Part shown: one piece after another, positions 36,780 through 47,210 of the stretch
Layout of the letters: each line of letters opens with the position of its first letter
Numbering within the stretch: the stretch's first letter is position 1
DNA from: an uncultured bacterium
GTDB taxonomy: Bacteria; Fidelibacterota; Marinisomatia; Marinisomatales; UBA1611
Reading direction: 5' to 3'
Assembly: GCA_965660855.1 (NCBI GenBank)
Contig: CBFIBM010000001.1
Span: 256,001 to 320,000, forward strand
DNA length: 64,000 nt
Translations under genes and position numbers: made by a program
The notes under the pieces: generated by a model
The model's database searches: none
Told to the model about the DNA's origin: nothing
Seen by the model: only the letters and a program-made list of their open reading frames with translations

Positions 36780-38897
36780 TTGAAGATTAACTTAATAAAA
36801 TTAAGTATTTTACTTCTCCATTTGCTTGGTGCTCAAACAAAGCCTGTGAGTGGTTATGTAATAAATACATTGGGGAAGCCACTATCCAATGTTAATATTA
36901 CCTCAAACCCTTCAAAATCAGGTACTCAAACAGATCAAGATGGAAGATTCTATTTTTTAATTCCTGTTACGGATTCTCAATTACTATTTCAATATATTGG
37001 CTATGAAGATTCAAAAATAAATGTTGTTCTGTTTAAAAATAAATCGAAAATTATTTTGAAAGAAACAATAATAGAATTGGATTCTTTAGTTGTAGAAGAA
37101 AAAAAAATTAAACAATTCAATTCTGATAAAGAAAAAAATAGTGTTTTTTATATTGACTCAGAGGATTTGACAAAAAAAGGAGCAACTGATCTTGCAGATG
37201 GAATATACTTTGATCAATCTATCATACTAAATGAAACTATTACTGGTCAAAAAACAATATCTCTTCGCGGATCATCATCAAATGAACTTTCCATATTTTA
37301 TGATGGAATTCAAATAAATAGAATAGGCGATCCTATGATGGATTTATCAGTTTTCCCAACCTCAAGTATTAAAGGAATAGAAATTTTAAAAGGTTCTCAT
37401 GAAAGCGCAATATCATCCTCTGGGTCAATTAATCTTATTCCAAATGTAGTATTCGGAAATAACATTTCTTTAAAACAGCAATTTGGCACCTATGATTACG
37501 GTGGGTATGATGGGGTTGGCTCTTTATCATTTAGAAATATTTCTGCTAATTATGGTATATCTGAATCACAGTATTCACAATCATATACAGATACAACGAC
37601 TTCTGATATTAATACTTTAGTACAAAGGGATTATTTAAATGTCGGTTATAAAAATGGTGATAATTTGAATTTAAAACTTTTGACCTATAATCATAAAAAA
37701 TATTTTAATAATTACAGGAGTGAAGATTCGATAAGTTTTAAGTCGTATGCTTATATTTTTAAATTATCCCAATATAATTTATTACAAAGCAATATTTTTT
37801 TATATGGTATGTATCAAAATCAGGAAGGATTAGAAAACTTAAAGATACTCACTCGAAGTAAAGTTTCAGAAAATAGAGAATTTGGGTTTGAGCTTTTTAA
37901 AAAGATAAAAAATGCTGATATAAAAATTTCTTCTCAAGCTTCATTTCTAAAATTTGAATGGGATATTCCTGAAGGGAAAGTGGTAACTGAAAGACAGAAT
38001 TCAATTTTAACAGGGTCTTTTGAATTGAATAAACCAGATCAGGAAGATAAATTTATTTTAAAAGATTTAAAATTAGTTTTAAGTAATCATCGCATAACCG
38101 ATCAAACAGATACCTCGAAAAGCATAGAAATTCCATATCAATTTTGGGAAAATAATAATTTTCACTTCACGATGTCATTTATGAAAAAGACGGTTCAGAG
38201 GAGAATTTTCTATTACACAAACTTTACAACATCTTTTAGATCTCCAAGTTTGTATGAATCTTTAAGTAGTTATACAAATAACGTACTAAATACCACTGAA
38301 AAATTAGATCCGGAACAGAAATCAGCATTTGAATTAGGTTATAAAATAAATAGGAACCTTGAGGAGGGCGAAAGTTCTTATAATTTGAATACTTCTTTCT
38401 TTTTTTATAGTTATTTAAATAAAATGAAAAATATTATCATTTCAGGAACTCCATCTCAATTTATTGTTAACTCTGGTAAAGCAAAAATTTTTGGTTTTGA
38501 TGCAAAACTAAAATTAAATCCATCTGTTAATTGGATTGGGTTTCAATTTTTAATATCAAATTATTTTTACTCTGATCCATTATCTTTTCCATTGCAACCG
38601 GATAAGGTTTTTAAGAATATTATCACCTTAAATACGAAATGGATTAATATTGATCTAATAAATAGAAATGAGGGAAAGAAAGTATTGTCATCAATTTTAT
38701 CAGATGGAACCATTGTAGAAAATAGTCTGAAGCCAAATATAGGATTTGATTGTACTATCTTTAAAAAATTTAATTATAAGTTTTTAAAGTTTTCTATCAG
38801 TTTGAGTGGAAAAAATCTTTTATCCAAGGAAACATCAATCAGTGGAATATCTATTTATGATAAGAGATATTACTTTTCAATAAATGTTAAAATATAA
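36780..38897 (+). CDS. TonB-dependent receptor-like outer-membrane protein (CarboxypepD-reg-like N-terminus + plug + barrel)
   Basis: GTQTDQDGRF/FQYIGYE N-domain, ISLRGSSSNELSIFYDG and IEILKG plug motifs, FRSPSLYE, LDPEQK..ELG. Confidence 0.75.
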   Translation: MKINLIKLSILLLHLLGAQTKPVSGYVINTLGKPLSNVNITSNPSKSGTQTDQDGRFYFLIPVTDSQLLFQYIGYEDSKINVVLFKNKSKIILKETIIELDSLVVEEKKIKQFNSDKEKNSVFYIDSEDLTKKGATDLADGIYFDQSIILNETITGQKTISLRGSSSNELSIFYDGIQINRIGDPMMDLSVFPTSSIKGIEILKGSHESAISSSGSINLIPNVVFGNNISLKQQFGTYDYGGYDGVGSLSFRNISANYGISESQYSQSYTDTTTSDINTLVQRDYLNVGYKNGDNLNLKLLTYNHKKYFNNYRSEDSISFKSYAYIFKLSQYNLLQSNIFLYGMYQNQEGLENLKILTRSKVSENREFGFELFKKIKNADIKISSQASFLKFEWDIPEGKVVTERQNSILTGSFELNKPDQEDKFILKDLKLVLSNHRITDQTDTSKSIEIPYQFWENNNFHFTMSFMKKTVQRRIFYYTNFTTSFRSPSLYESLSSYTNNVLNTTEKLDPEQKSAFELGYKINRNLEEGESSYNLNTSFFFYSYLNKMKNIIISGTPSQFIVNSGKAKIFGFDAKLKLNPSVNWIGFQFLISNYFYSDPLSFPLQPDKVFKNIITLNTKWINIDLINRNEGKKVLSSILSDGTIVENSLKPNIGFDCTIFKKFNYKFLKFSISLSGKNLLSKETSISGISIYDKRYYFSINVKI

Positions 38898-39741
38898 AAT
38901 AGTAATATTTCTAAAAATTTTAATGACTTTTGGATGCACTAGTAATCCTTTTTGGGATGACTTTAATCGTAAGGATAACGTATTAAAAGGGCAGGTTATC
39001 ACAATTGGTTCGAATTTTCAACATCCAGTTTTAGTTTGGGATGATTATTCAATGCGTTTAAAAGAAACTGATAGTCTTGGTTTTTTTTCATTAGACCTCA
39101 ACAATATCTATGGTGATCTTCAATCTGTATCAGGACAATTAAAAATCTATTTTTATACTTTAAATTATAATTTAGACTCAGCGATAGTAATTCTTGCTGG
39201 GGGGTATCTATCTAAAAATCAATTAGACTTCAATCAGGATGGTGTTTTAACCAAAGTTATTGAGTTAAACAAAAAAATAAACGTTGAAATGAATTCTTTG
39301 AATAATGAATTAAATATTTATGATACAATCCGAATTCAGTATAATATAGAAGTCATTGAACCAATAACTATTAAATCTTACAAGTTTAGTGATCAATATA
39401 CTAGTAACGAATCTGGTTTGTTTTTTTCAAACCTTGAAACAAATAAGAGCACTAAATATAATCATTCAAGTTTAAATGAGGATGGTATTTTGATCGAACA
39501 TCAACTAAAATATACAGATTACAATGCCAAGGGTAATTATCAATGGAATTATTTAATTCCCTATGAGAATCTATCCCTTGAACCCGGTATTTATACCATA
39601 AAACCCTATTATGTAATTATTGATAAATTTTTAGATCGCTTCTATCCTAAAATGGATAAAGAAGTATATTCATTTGAATATGATGAAAGTTATTTGAATA
39701 TCCCCTCTGACATTAAAGCTGATACTATTATTATTAATTAA
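38884..39741 (+). CDS. Hypothetical lipoprotein
   Basis: Lipobox-like TFGC; overlaps the upstream gene. Confidence 0.6.
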   Translation: MLKYKIVIFLKILMTFGCTSNPFWDDFNRKDNVLKGQVITIGSNFQHPVLVWDDYSMRLKETDSLGFFSLDLNNIYGDLQSVSGQLKIYFYTLNYNLDSAIVILAGGYLSKNQLDFNQDGVLTKVIELNKKINVEMNSLNNELNIYDTIRIQYNIEVIEPITIKSYKFSDQYTSNESGLFFSNLETNKSTKYNHSSLNEDGILIEHQLKYTDYNAKGNYQWNYLIPYENLSLEPGIYTIKPYYVIIDKFLDRFYPKMDKEVYSFEYDESYLNIPSDIKADTIIIN

Positions 39742-39828
39742 AAAAATAGAAGATTTTAATTTCTAGAGTTAAAAAAGTTAAACTAACTTAAACAATAATA
39801 TTTTACAATTAATGGAGCATTTGATGCT

Positions 39829-40155
39829 ATGTCAAACAACGTACATGAGTTTAACGATACTAATTTTGAAACCGATGTTGAAAATTCTGATTTACCTGTT
39901 TTAATTGATTTTTGGGCTACATGGTGTGGTCCTTGTAAAGCAATCGCTCCTATCATTGAGGAAATTGCTGGTGATTTTGAAGGTAAAGTAAAAGTAGGCA
40001 AAGTTGATGTCGATAAAAATCAAAATACAGCCATGAAATTTGGCGTAAGAAGTATCCCTACACTTTTAGTTATTAAAAATGGGGAAGTAGTAAATCAATT
40101 AGTCGGTGCTGTTCCTAAAAGTAATATCACTGATATTTTAAATGAAGTTTTATAA
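39829..40155 (+). CDS. trxA: Thioredoxin
   Basis: DFWATWCGPCK and SIPTLL. Confidence 0.97.
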   Translation: MSNNVHEFNDTNFETDVENSDLPVLIDFWATWCGPCKAIAPIIEEIAGDFEGKVKVGKVDVDKNQNTAMKFGVRSIPTLLVIKNGEVVNQLVGAVPKSNITDILNEVL

Positions 40156-40179
40156 ATAATACAATAAACATGAAGGACA

Positions 40180-41100
40180 ATGAAGCGAAAATCAATCATT
40201 ATTGGCTCTGGACCAGCCGGATTAACGGCAGCGATTTACTTAGCTAGAGCAAACTTAAATCCATTGGTATTTGAGGGTTCGCAACCAGGTGGACAATTGA
40301 CGATTACAACGGATGTCGAAAACTACCCAGGGTTTCCAGATGGAATAATGGGTCCAGACATGATGGATGAGTTTAGAAAACAAGCTAAAAAATTTGGAGC
40401 GGAATGTCAATATCAAACTGTTGATAAAGTCAATCTATCAGGTCCAACTTTTGAAGTATTTTCTAATGATCAAAAATATTTCGCTGAATCAATTATTATC
40501 TCTACAGGGGCCTCCGCTAGGCTACTAGGTCTTAAATCTGAATCTGAATTAATGGGAAATGGAGTTTCTGCGTGTGCTACTTGTGATGGCTTTTTTTTTA
40601 AAGATAAAGAAGTTATTGTAGTAGGTGGAGGGGATTCTGCAATGGAAGAAGCATCTTTTTTAACTAAATTTGCTTCAGAAGTGACAATAGTTCACAGAAG
40701 AGAAGAATTCAGAGCCTCCAAAATAATGGTAGACAGAGCTCTATCTAATCCTAAAATTAAAGTCTCCTATAATTCTTCTGTGAAAGATATTATAGGAACT
40801 AAAGAAGCAGGAGTTAACTCTGTTTTAATTGAAGATACAATTACAAAAAAGGTTACAGAAAAAAAATGTGATGGTATTTTTATGGCAATAGGACATATAC
40901 CCAATACACAACTTTTTGAAGGTGTTGTAGACTTAGATAATGCTGGATATATAATTACAAAGCCAGATTCTACACATACTAATATTGAAGGTGTATTTGC
41001 ATGCGGTGACGTTCAAGATCATACATATAGGCAAGCTGTAACTGCAGCGGGTTCTGGGTGTATGGCGGCTTTAGATGCAGAGAGGTGGTTAGAGACTTAA
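40180..41100 (+). CDS. trxB: Thioredoxin-disulfide reductase
   Basis: [45 protein letters not shown]. Confidence 0.97.
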   Translation: MKRKSIIIGSGPAGLTAAIYLARANLNPLVFEGSQPGGQLTITTDVENYPGFPDGIMGPDMMDEFRKQAKKFGAECQYQTVDKVNLSGPTFEVFSNDQKYFAESIIISTGASARLLGLKSESELMGNGVSACATCDGFFFKDKEVIVVGGGDSAMEEASFLTKFASEVTIVHRREEFRASKIMVDRALSNPKIKVSYNSSVKDIIGTKEAGVNSVLIEDTITKKVTEKKCDGIFMAIGHIPNTQLFEGVVDLDNAGYIITKPDSTHTNIEGVFACGDVQDHTYRQAVTAAGSGCMAALDAERWLET

Positions 41101-41150
41101 TAATTTGATTTTTTCTTGTTCCTAATGGTTTAATACCTAAAGGTAAATAA

Positions 41151-41912
41151 ATGAATCAAACAAAAAGACTTATATTTAAGTTGAGAGGTTTAGAAAAGTC
41201 CCTTGGTAATGAAAACTTTTTGAAAATAAGTAAGTTGGAAGTACATCCTGGTACCATTTATGGTATTGTCGGTACTGTAGGAAGTGGTAAAACAACTTTA
41301 TTAAATATTTTATCTGGTGTTACTTCTCAAACTAGTGGTGCTATGCTCTATGATAATCATCCATATAAGAAAAATTGGTTTGGAAAGTTAAATCCAAATG
41401 ATGATGTTTATTATTCAAAAAATAATAAATTAATAAAATCTAATAAATCGGTTTCTTCTTTTATAAAAAAATACTTTAAAAAAAAGCAAAATACCCTTAA
41501 AAAACGTTATTTTAACGATGGTAGTTTCAAATCTTTATGGTCAAGAAAAATTAGTGATATTTCATCAGCAGAATTGAATTGGTTAGGTACTGTTTTAGCT
41601 TGTGAAGAAGATCCAAGAGTTATGCTCATCGATGATTATGGTATTTTTTTCAGTAGTGACATGGAAAAAGATTTTAGAAATAAAATTTTGAAAATGAATC
41701 GCACCCTTGGAACGACAATAATACTTAGCTCTCCCAGTGATCAGTTTTTAAAACATTTTGTTTCGGTTCTAGTCTATTTAGATCATGGACATATATCAAA
41801 AATAAGACCTGGAATTTCAAGAAAACCAAATCGAAATAATAGGAAAAATAGATCTAATAACTATATCAAAAATTCAAAGAATAAACGCGGACACAAAAAA
41901 AATAAACAGTAA
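41151..41912 (+). CDS. ABC-ATPase-like protein with degenerate signature/Walker B and basic tail
   Basis: Walker A GTVGSGKTT is intact; ISSAE replaces LSGG[QE] and MLIDDYG replaces LLDEP. K/R/N-rich C-terminus. Confidence 0.7.
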   Translation: MNQTKRLIFKLRGLEKSLGNENFLKISKLEVHPGTIYGIVGTVGSGKTTLLNILSGVTSQTSGAMLYDNHPYKKNWFGKLNPNDDVYYSKNNKLIKSNKSVSSFIKKYFKKKQNTLKKRYFNDGSFKSLWSRKISDISSAELNWLGTVLACEEDPRVMLIDDYGIFFSSDMEKDFRNKILKMNRTLGTTIILSSPSDQFLKHFVSVLVYLDHGHISKIRPGISRKPNRNNRKNRSNNYIKNSKNKRGHKKNKQ

Positions 41913-41953
41913 TTCTTATTTTGCTAATTATTAATAATGAAATTTAAAGATTT

Positions 41954-43579
41954 ATGAAAATCAATTGTGTTTTTAAATCAATTGTGTTTTCAATCTGTTA
42001 TCTGTATTCACAACCAGATTCTCGCTTCAGGCCATTCGATTGGGTTCTTTATCATGGATCTGGAATAATTAATTCAATTTCCGAGGGATATAACTATGTT
42101 TATGTAGGTACTGAAAATGGTGGTTTGAAAAGATTTAATACATTTAGTTTGAATTTTGATGAGCCGATAACAATGGCCCAAGGTTTAAAAAGCAATAAAA
42201 TAAATGCAGTTCATTTCGATAAAGAAATGGGCTGTCTATGGGCTGCAACACCTAAGTTTTTAAATTATAGTTTTTCTCGTGAAGGTAATTGGTTCTCCAT
42301 CAGTTTAGAATCTTTAGGCTTAAGCAGGTACGAAAAAATAAAAAAAATTGGTTCTTCTACAGGTCATATTTGGTTAAAACTCAATTCCTCCTATATAAAG
42401 TTAAATCATACAAATGGATTCTTGATAGGCACTTATTCTAAACCTGATGAATTATCCATTGATTGGAGTAGTGGTCCTGTATCTTTTGATGCTAAAATTA
42501 AAAAAATATTATTGGAATTCTCATTTTCAGAAGGATGGTTATTTTTAGATAATAGTTTGATTGATAAGCTTGGTAGAAAATTTGATATAACGACATACTT
42601 CCATGCAAGACATGGAAATATCTTTCTGGGTTTAGAAAATGGAATTTTCTTCTATGGAACAGACGTTATGCAAATTTTTAATCCAATAAATCCTGATATT
42701 AATAATTTTGATATTTCAGCACTAGGAAATTTTGAAGATGAATTATTTTTAGGAAGTATTGATTATATTAATTCAAAATCAATTACGCAAATAGATACAT
42801 GGAATGAAAATAAAATATCATTCGACTTTGAAGAAACAATTAACATGACTCCTTTGCCTGTCTTTTCAATAAATGCTTCGAAAAATGAGCTTTGGGTTGG
42901 CGGGGAAGATCTAATGTTATTTTATGATAGAAAAAAAGATTTTTGGCGTACGTTTGGTTTAGAAACTGGGATGCCTTCCGGAAAGATTTTAGATATTAAT
43001 GTTGACAGCTCGTATGTTTGGATAGCTACATCTAGTGGACTAAGTAGAATGTCACGCAAAGATAAAAAAAATGATCTAGTTGGTTTTGAATATTTATTTT
43101 CTGGTATGCCAGTATATCAAGTTAAAAGCCAAAAAAATTTTTTATGGATTGGGGCGTGGTCTGGTATTTATTTATACTCTAAATTATCTCCCCAATTAAA
43201 AAATGGAATGGAGATAGGACAAAGATATTTTGATCAAAAAATTACTCATGTAACAGCCATTAAAGTATCCGATGACTTTGTTTATATTGTGGGTGACCTA
43301 GGTATCGTTAAATATGATTTTGAGTCTTCGGTTTGGGATTTGATATTTAATGCGGGAGTATATAAAAATAAAATGGTTTATAGTATTGATATAAATGGAA
43401 ATAATATTTTTATTGGAACCTCTGATGGAATTACAAAAATAAATGAAAAAACTGGTTTTGTTAAGGAATTTAATTTTCCATTTTTAGAACAGGTTAATGA
43501 TATAATAATTATTGATAATTATCTTTGGGCCGGAACAAATAGCGGACTTATAAAATTTAAATGGAAAACGAGTTTATGA
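41954..43579 (+). CDS. Exported beta-propeller repeat protein
   Basis: Signal peptide and repeated [VL]W[IV][GA]T..G[LI] motifs. Confidence 0.7.
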   Translation: MKINCVFKSIVFSICYLYSQPDSRFRPFDWVLYHGSGIINSISEGYNYVYVGTENGGLKRFNTFSLNFDEPITMAQGLKSNKINAVHFDKEMGCLWAATPKFLNYSFSREGNWFSISLESLGLSRYEKIKKIGSSTGHIWLKLNSSYIKLNHTNGFLIGTYSKPDELSIDWSSGPVSFDAKIKKILLEFSFSEGWLFLDNSLIDKLGRKFDITTYFHARHGNIFLGLENGIFFYGTDVMQIFNPINPDINNFDISALGNFEDELFLGSIDYINSKSITQIDTWNENKISFDFEETINMTPLPVFSINASKNELWVGGEDLMLFYDRKKDFWRTFGLETGMPSGKILDINVDSSYVWIATSSGLSRMSRKDKKNDLVGFEYLFSGMPVYQVKSQKNFLWIGAWSGIYLYSKLSPQLKNGMEIGQRYFDQKITHVTAIKVSDDFVYIVGDLGIVKYDFESSVWDLIFNAGVYKNKMVYSIDINGNNIFIGTSDGITKINEKTGFVKEFNFPFLEQVNDIIIIDNYLWAGTNSGLIKFKWKTSL

Positions 43580-44838
43580 GAACTATTTTACTAGTTATAT
43601 CCTTTCTTATTTTTATCAATGACACTATTCTTGCGCAAAACTTCAATTCAAAAAGCAAAAGAAAAAATAGTGTTGAAAAATATATTCTAGCGCCATTTGT
43701 AGAAGCGATTCATGAAGACTCAATTAAAATAGTTACCTTTGCAGAAATACCATATAGTTCACTACAATTTATTAAAAAAGGGACTAATTATATTGCAAAA
43801 TATCAAGTTACGATTTCACTTAAGCGTAAAAAGGGTGATAATATTTATAATAAGGTCTGGATTGATTCGATGGTGGTTCAAAGTTACGATGATTCTAGAT
43901 CAGTTTTTAAAAATTCAAAGCATCAATTTTCTGTTAATGTAAAAAATAATGGACATTATATCATTACATGTGAGTTGCAGGATTTAGATACTCGAAAAAA
44001 AGGTGTTTTAATAAAGGAAGTTGATTTACGTAAGTTTAGTAAAAAGCCTAATATCCTTAAACCTATATTTTTACTTGACCTTCAAGGTGATTGGGGGTTT
44101 GAAAAAGATAAAATACCAACTAAAGGAATTAGAGTTAGAGAAGTTGGTTTAGGAGTTGATATAATTCTTAATGGGTTTATAAATAGAACTGCGTATGAAA
44201 TTAATTTGTATGTCACTAATAATGAGTCAATGGATAGTTTAATTTATCATATGCTTGGTAATGGAAAAGATGGTTACTTTAATCATTCAGTCTTTGTTCC
44301 TTCAAAATATCTAGAAAATATAAAAAACAATTTCAAGGTATCAATAAAACAGGATGGTAAAGAGATTGATAGAGAATTTGTATTTGGTACGTTTAAATCA
44401 GGTATTGCTAGCTCGATAAATGATATTGATAATGCAATTAAGCAGATGAAATATCTTCTTTCAAAGGAAGAAGCTGATATGTTTAAATCTAAAAATAAAT
44501 TTGAACGTGAAGAATTGTTCAACCAAATCTGGAAAAAATTAGATCCAACACCTGAAAGTGATTATAATGAATTGATGGAAGAATATTTTAAAAGAGTAGA
44601 TTATACAAATGAACACTTTGATGGCTGGCAACCAGGTTGGAAGACAGATAGAGGGATGATTTATATCCTTTTTGGTGCTCCAGATCAAATCAATAGGTAT
44701 AATTCAACAAATAACATGAATAAAACTCGTCAAATATGGTATTATCAAAAAATAGCAAAAGAGTTCTCTTTTATTGACCAGAATGGGTTTGGAGACTACA
44801 GGCTCGAAAATCAATTTTTAACTAATTGGAATTTCTAA
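43576..44838 (+). CDS. GWxTD domain-containing exported protein
   Basis: WKKLDPTP...NELMEEYFKRV...PGWKTDRGMIYILFGAPD. ATG 43576 overlaps the upstream TGA (ORF track starts at 43561). Confidence 0.85.
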   Translation: MRTILLVISFLIFINDTILAQNFNSKSKRKNSVEKYILAPFVEAIHEDSIKIVTFAEIPYSSLQFIKKGTNYIAKYQVTISLKRKKGDNIYNKVWIDSMVVQSYDDSRSVFKNSKHQFSVNVKNNGHYIITCELQDLDTRKKGVLIKEVDLRKFSKKPNILKPIFLLDLQGDWGFEKDKIPTKGIRVREVGLGVDIILNGFINRTAYEINLYVTNNESMDSLIYHMLGNGKDGYFNHSVFVPSKYLENIKNNFKVSIKQDGKEIDREFVFGTFKSGIASSINDIDNAIKQMKYLLSKEEADMFKSKNKFEREELFNQIWKKLDPTPESDYNELMEEYFKRVDYTNEHFDGWQPGWKTDRGMIYILFGAPDQINRYNSTNNMNKTRQIWYYQKIAKEFSFIDQNGFGDYRLENQFLTNWNF

Positions 44839-44899
44839 TTTTAAGTAATTTATTTAAACAAAATATTACTTAAATTCTCGTAATCATAAGATATTTTAT

Positions 44900-45925
44900 A
44901 TGGCATCAACAAATTTTTTAAATCTCATAAATTGGATCTCTGGAGATGTAGCTATTGACCTTGGTACAGCAAATACTTTGATATGGTTAAAAGGCCGTGG
45001 AATTGTTGTTAATGAACCTTCGATAGTTACTAGAAATGTTCACGATGATACAATAGTTGCCGTAGGTGATGAGGCAAAAGCAATGTTAGGTAAAACTCAT
45101 AGAGAGCTTGAAACAATAAGACCCTTGCAAGATGGTGTTATTGCTGACTTCAAAATGACAGATGGCATGCTTCAGGGGTTTATCCGAAAAATTAATTTAA
45201 ATCGCTTAGCAAGGCCTAGAATGGTTATTTGCGTTCCTTCAGGTGTTACCGAAGTTGAACGAAGAGCAGTTAAAGATTCTGGTGAGAGAGCGAATGCGAG
45301 AGAGGTCTATTTGATAGAGGAACCTGTGGCGGCAGCAATTGGAATAGGGCTAGATATAAGTAAGCCAATTGGAAATATAATAGTAGACATTGGAGGAGGC
45401 ACTACTGAAATAGCTGTCATATCTTTAAATGGTGTTGTAACTAAAGAGACTATAAGAATTGCCGGCGATGAAATGGATGAGGCTGTATTGCAATGGTTTA
45501 GAAACGAACATAAACTTGAAATAGGTCTTGGAATGAGTGAGAAAATCAAGAAGACTGTTGGGTCAGCAATGAAAATGAAATCTGCAGATATTGCAGTCAA
45601 GGGACGTGACTTGGTTTCTGGAATACCCAAAACAATCGAGGTTTCCTCAGATGAGGTTCGTCAAGCACTAAAAGATCCAGTAAATCAAATTGTAGAAGCT
45701 GTAAAAAGATGTCTTGAGCAAACACCTCCGGAACTAGCTGCTGATATTTTAGAGAGAGGTATTATTCTAGCTGGAGGAGGTAGTCTTTTAAAAGGAATTG
45801 ACCAAATAATTAGAGAAAGAACAAACGTACCCGTTAATGTATCTGAGGATCCATTACTTTCAGTTGTGAAGGGGACAGGCATGGTTTTAGAGAATTTAAA
45901 AAAATACGAAGCTGTCTTATTATAG
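44900..45925 (+). CDS. mreB: Rod shape-determining protein MreB
   Basis: AIDLGTANT, RPLQDGVIADF, DIGGGTTE, LAGGGSLL. Confidence 0.97.
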   Translation: MASTNFLNLINWISGDVAIDLGTANTLIWLKGRGIVVNEPSIVTRNVHDDTIVAVGDEAKAMLGKTHRELETIRPLQDGVIADFKMTDGMLQGFIRKINLNRLARPRMVICVPSGVTEVERRAVKDSGERANAREVYLIEEPVAAAIGIGLDISKPIGNIIVDIGGGTTEIAVISLNGVVTKETIRIAGDEMDEAVLQWFRNEHKLEIGLGMSEKIKKTVGSAMKMKSADIAVKGRDLVSGIPKTIEVSSDEVRQALKDPVNQIVEAVKRCLEQTPPELAADILERGIILAGGGSLLKGIDQIIRERTNVPVNVSEDPLLSVVKGTGMVLENLKKYEAVLL

Positions 45926-45931
45926 AGGTAT

Positions 45932-46732
45932 ATGTACGGATTTTATCTTGTCATTGTTCGAAATAAAGATCATTTTTTATTTTTCCTAGCTTTAGTAATA
46001 TCATTATTACTCCTCTTAAGTAATGAAAATCCAAAAATGGGTGTTATAAGGGGAAAATCATCCGAGCTAATATCTTTTATCTCCTCTCCTGTAACATTTA
46101 TAAAGTCCTTAATGTATTTAGAAAAAAAGTCACAAGAGTTAAGAGAAAAAAATATCAAATTGACATTGAAAGTTGAGGCTATGTCAAACTTAAAAAATGA
46201 AAATATTGAATTACTCCGTATGCTCAACTATAAAAATCGTATGAATATATCTATGAAGCCTGCAAGAGTTGTAAATAAAGGTTTGCAACCTAACCTTTTG
46301 TCGATGGTTATTGATGCTGGTCTTCAAAATGGAATAAAAAAAAATCAAGCTGTTTTAACGCCATTAGGAGTTATTGGTAAAACTGTAGAAGTAGGAGAAA
46401 AAGCTTCTATTGTGCAATTAATTACAGACTCCAATTATAGACTAAGTGTTCGAATATTACCAAGTGGTGCAACTGGTATTCTAAGATTTTTAAAAGATGG
46501 TTTTGCTCAAATAAGAGAAGTCCAAAAAAATGTAAGTGTAAATATAGGCGATAAAGTTATTACTTCGGGTTTTAGTGATATTTATCCTCAAGGTTTACCT
46601 GTTGGTTCCGTATCAAGTGTATTGGATGATCGTGGTAGTTTTCAAAAAGTTGTTAATATACAATTACCAAATGATATGAATTCATTCCAAAATGTTTTTG
46701 TAATTATTGAGAATATAGATGAAATGGACTGA
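45932..46732 (+). CDS. mreC: Rod shape-determining protein MreC
   Basis: N-terminal TM, coiled coil, GDKVITSG...YPQGLPVG; follows mreB. Confidence 0.93.
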   Translation: MYGFYLVIVRNKDHFLFFLALVISLLLLLSNENPKMGVIRGKSSELISFISSPVTFIKSLMYLEKKSQELREKNIKLTLKVEAMSNLKNENIELLRMLNYKNRMNISMKPARVVNKGLQPNLLSMVIDAGLQNGIKKNQAVLTPLGVIGKTVEVGEKASIVQLITDSNYRLSVRILPSGATGILRFLKDGFAQIREVQKNVSVNIGDKVITSGFSDIYPQGLPVGSVSSVLDDRGSFQKVVNIQLPNDMNSFQNVFVIIENIDEMD

Positions 46733-47210
46733 TTATTTTCTTCCATGCGTTTTGGTATGGGTATCGCAGCTTTTATTTATTGATTTATTCGCAATAGGTA
46801 CAATTAGGCCTGATTTTTTATTAATTTTAATTCTTTATTTTTCAATTAGTAATGGTCGATTTACAGGAACGGCTCTTGGTTTTTCAATGGGTCTATTAGT
46901 AGATATTTCGGGTTCAGCTATTTTTTTTGGTTTATCACCATTGACTTATACAATTACTGGATATATCGCAGGTAATTTAAAAGGTTTATATCACAACATA
47001 AGCCCAATATATTTTATGATATTTTGGTTATTAATACTATTTTTTCATTTTTTCATTTTTTGCATTGTCCTCTATCAGGATATTTGGATTATAAATAAAA
47101 GTATGTTTTTTGCACGGTGGATTGGTACATCAATTTATACAATTTTATTTATTATGATTTTACAATTTTTATACCCTTTTAATAAATTGAAAAATGTTAA
47201 AAGCAGATAA
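46719..47210 (+). CDS. mreD: Rod shape-determining protein MreD
   Basis: Hydrophobic; RPDFLLI..GF..GLLVD; position in the operon. Confidence 0.88.
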   Translation: MKWTDYFLPCVLVWVSQLLFIDLFAIGTIRPDFLLILILYFSISNGRFTGTALGFSMGLLVDISGSAIFFGLSPLTYTITGYIAGNLKGLYHNISPIYFMIFWLLILFFHFFIFCIVLYQDIWIINKSMFFARWIGTSIYTILFIMILQFLYPFNKLKNVKSR

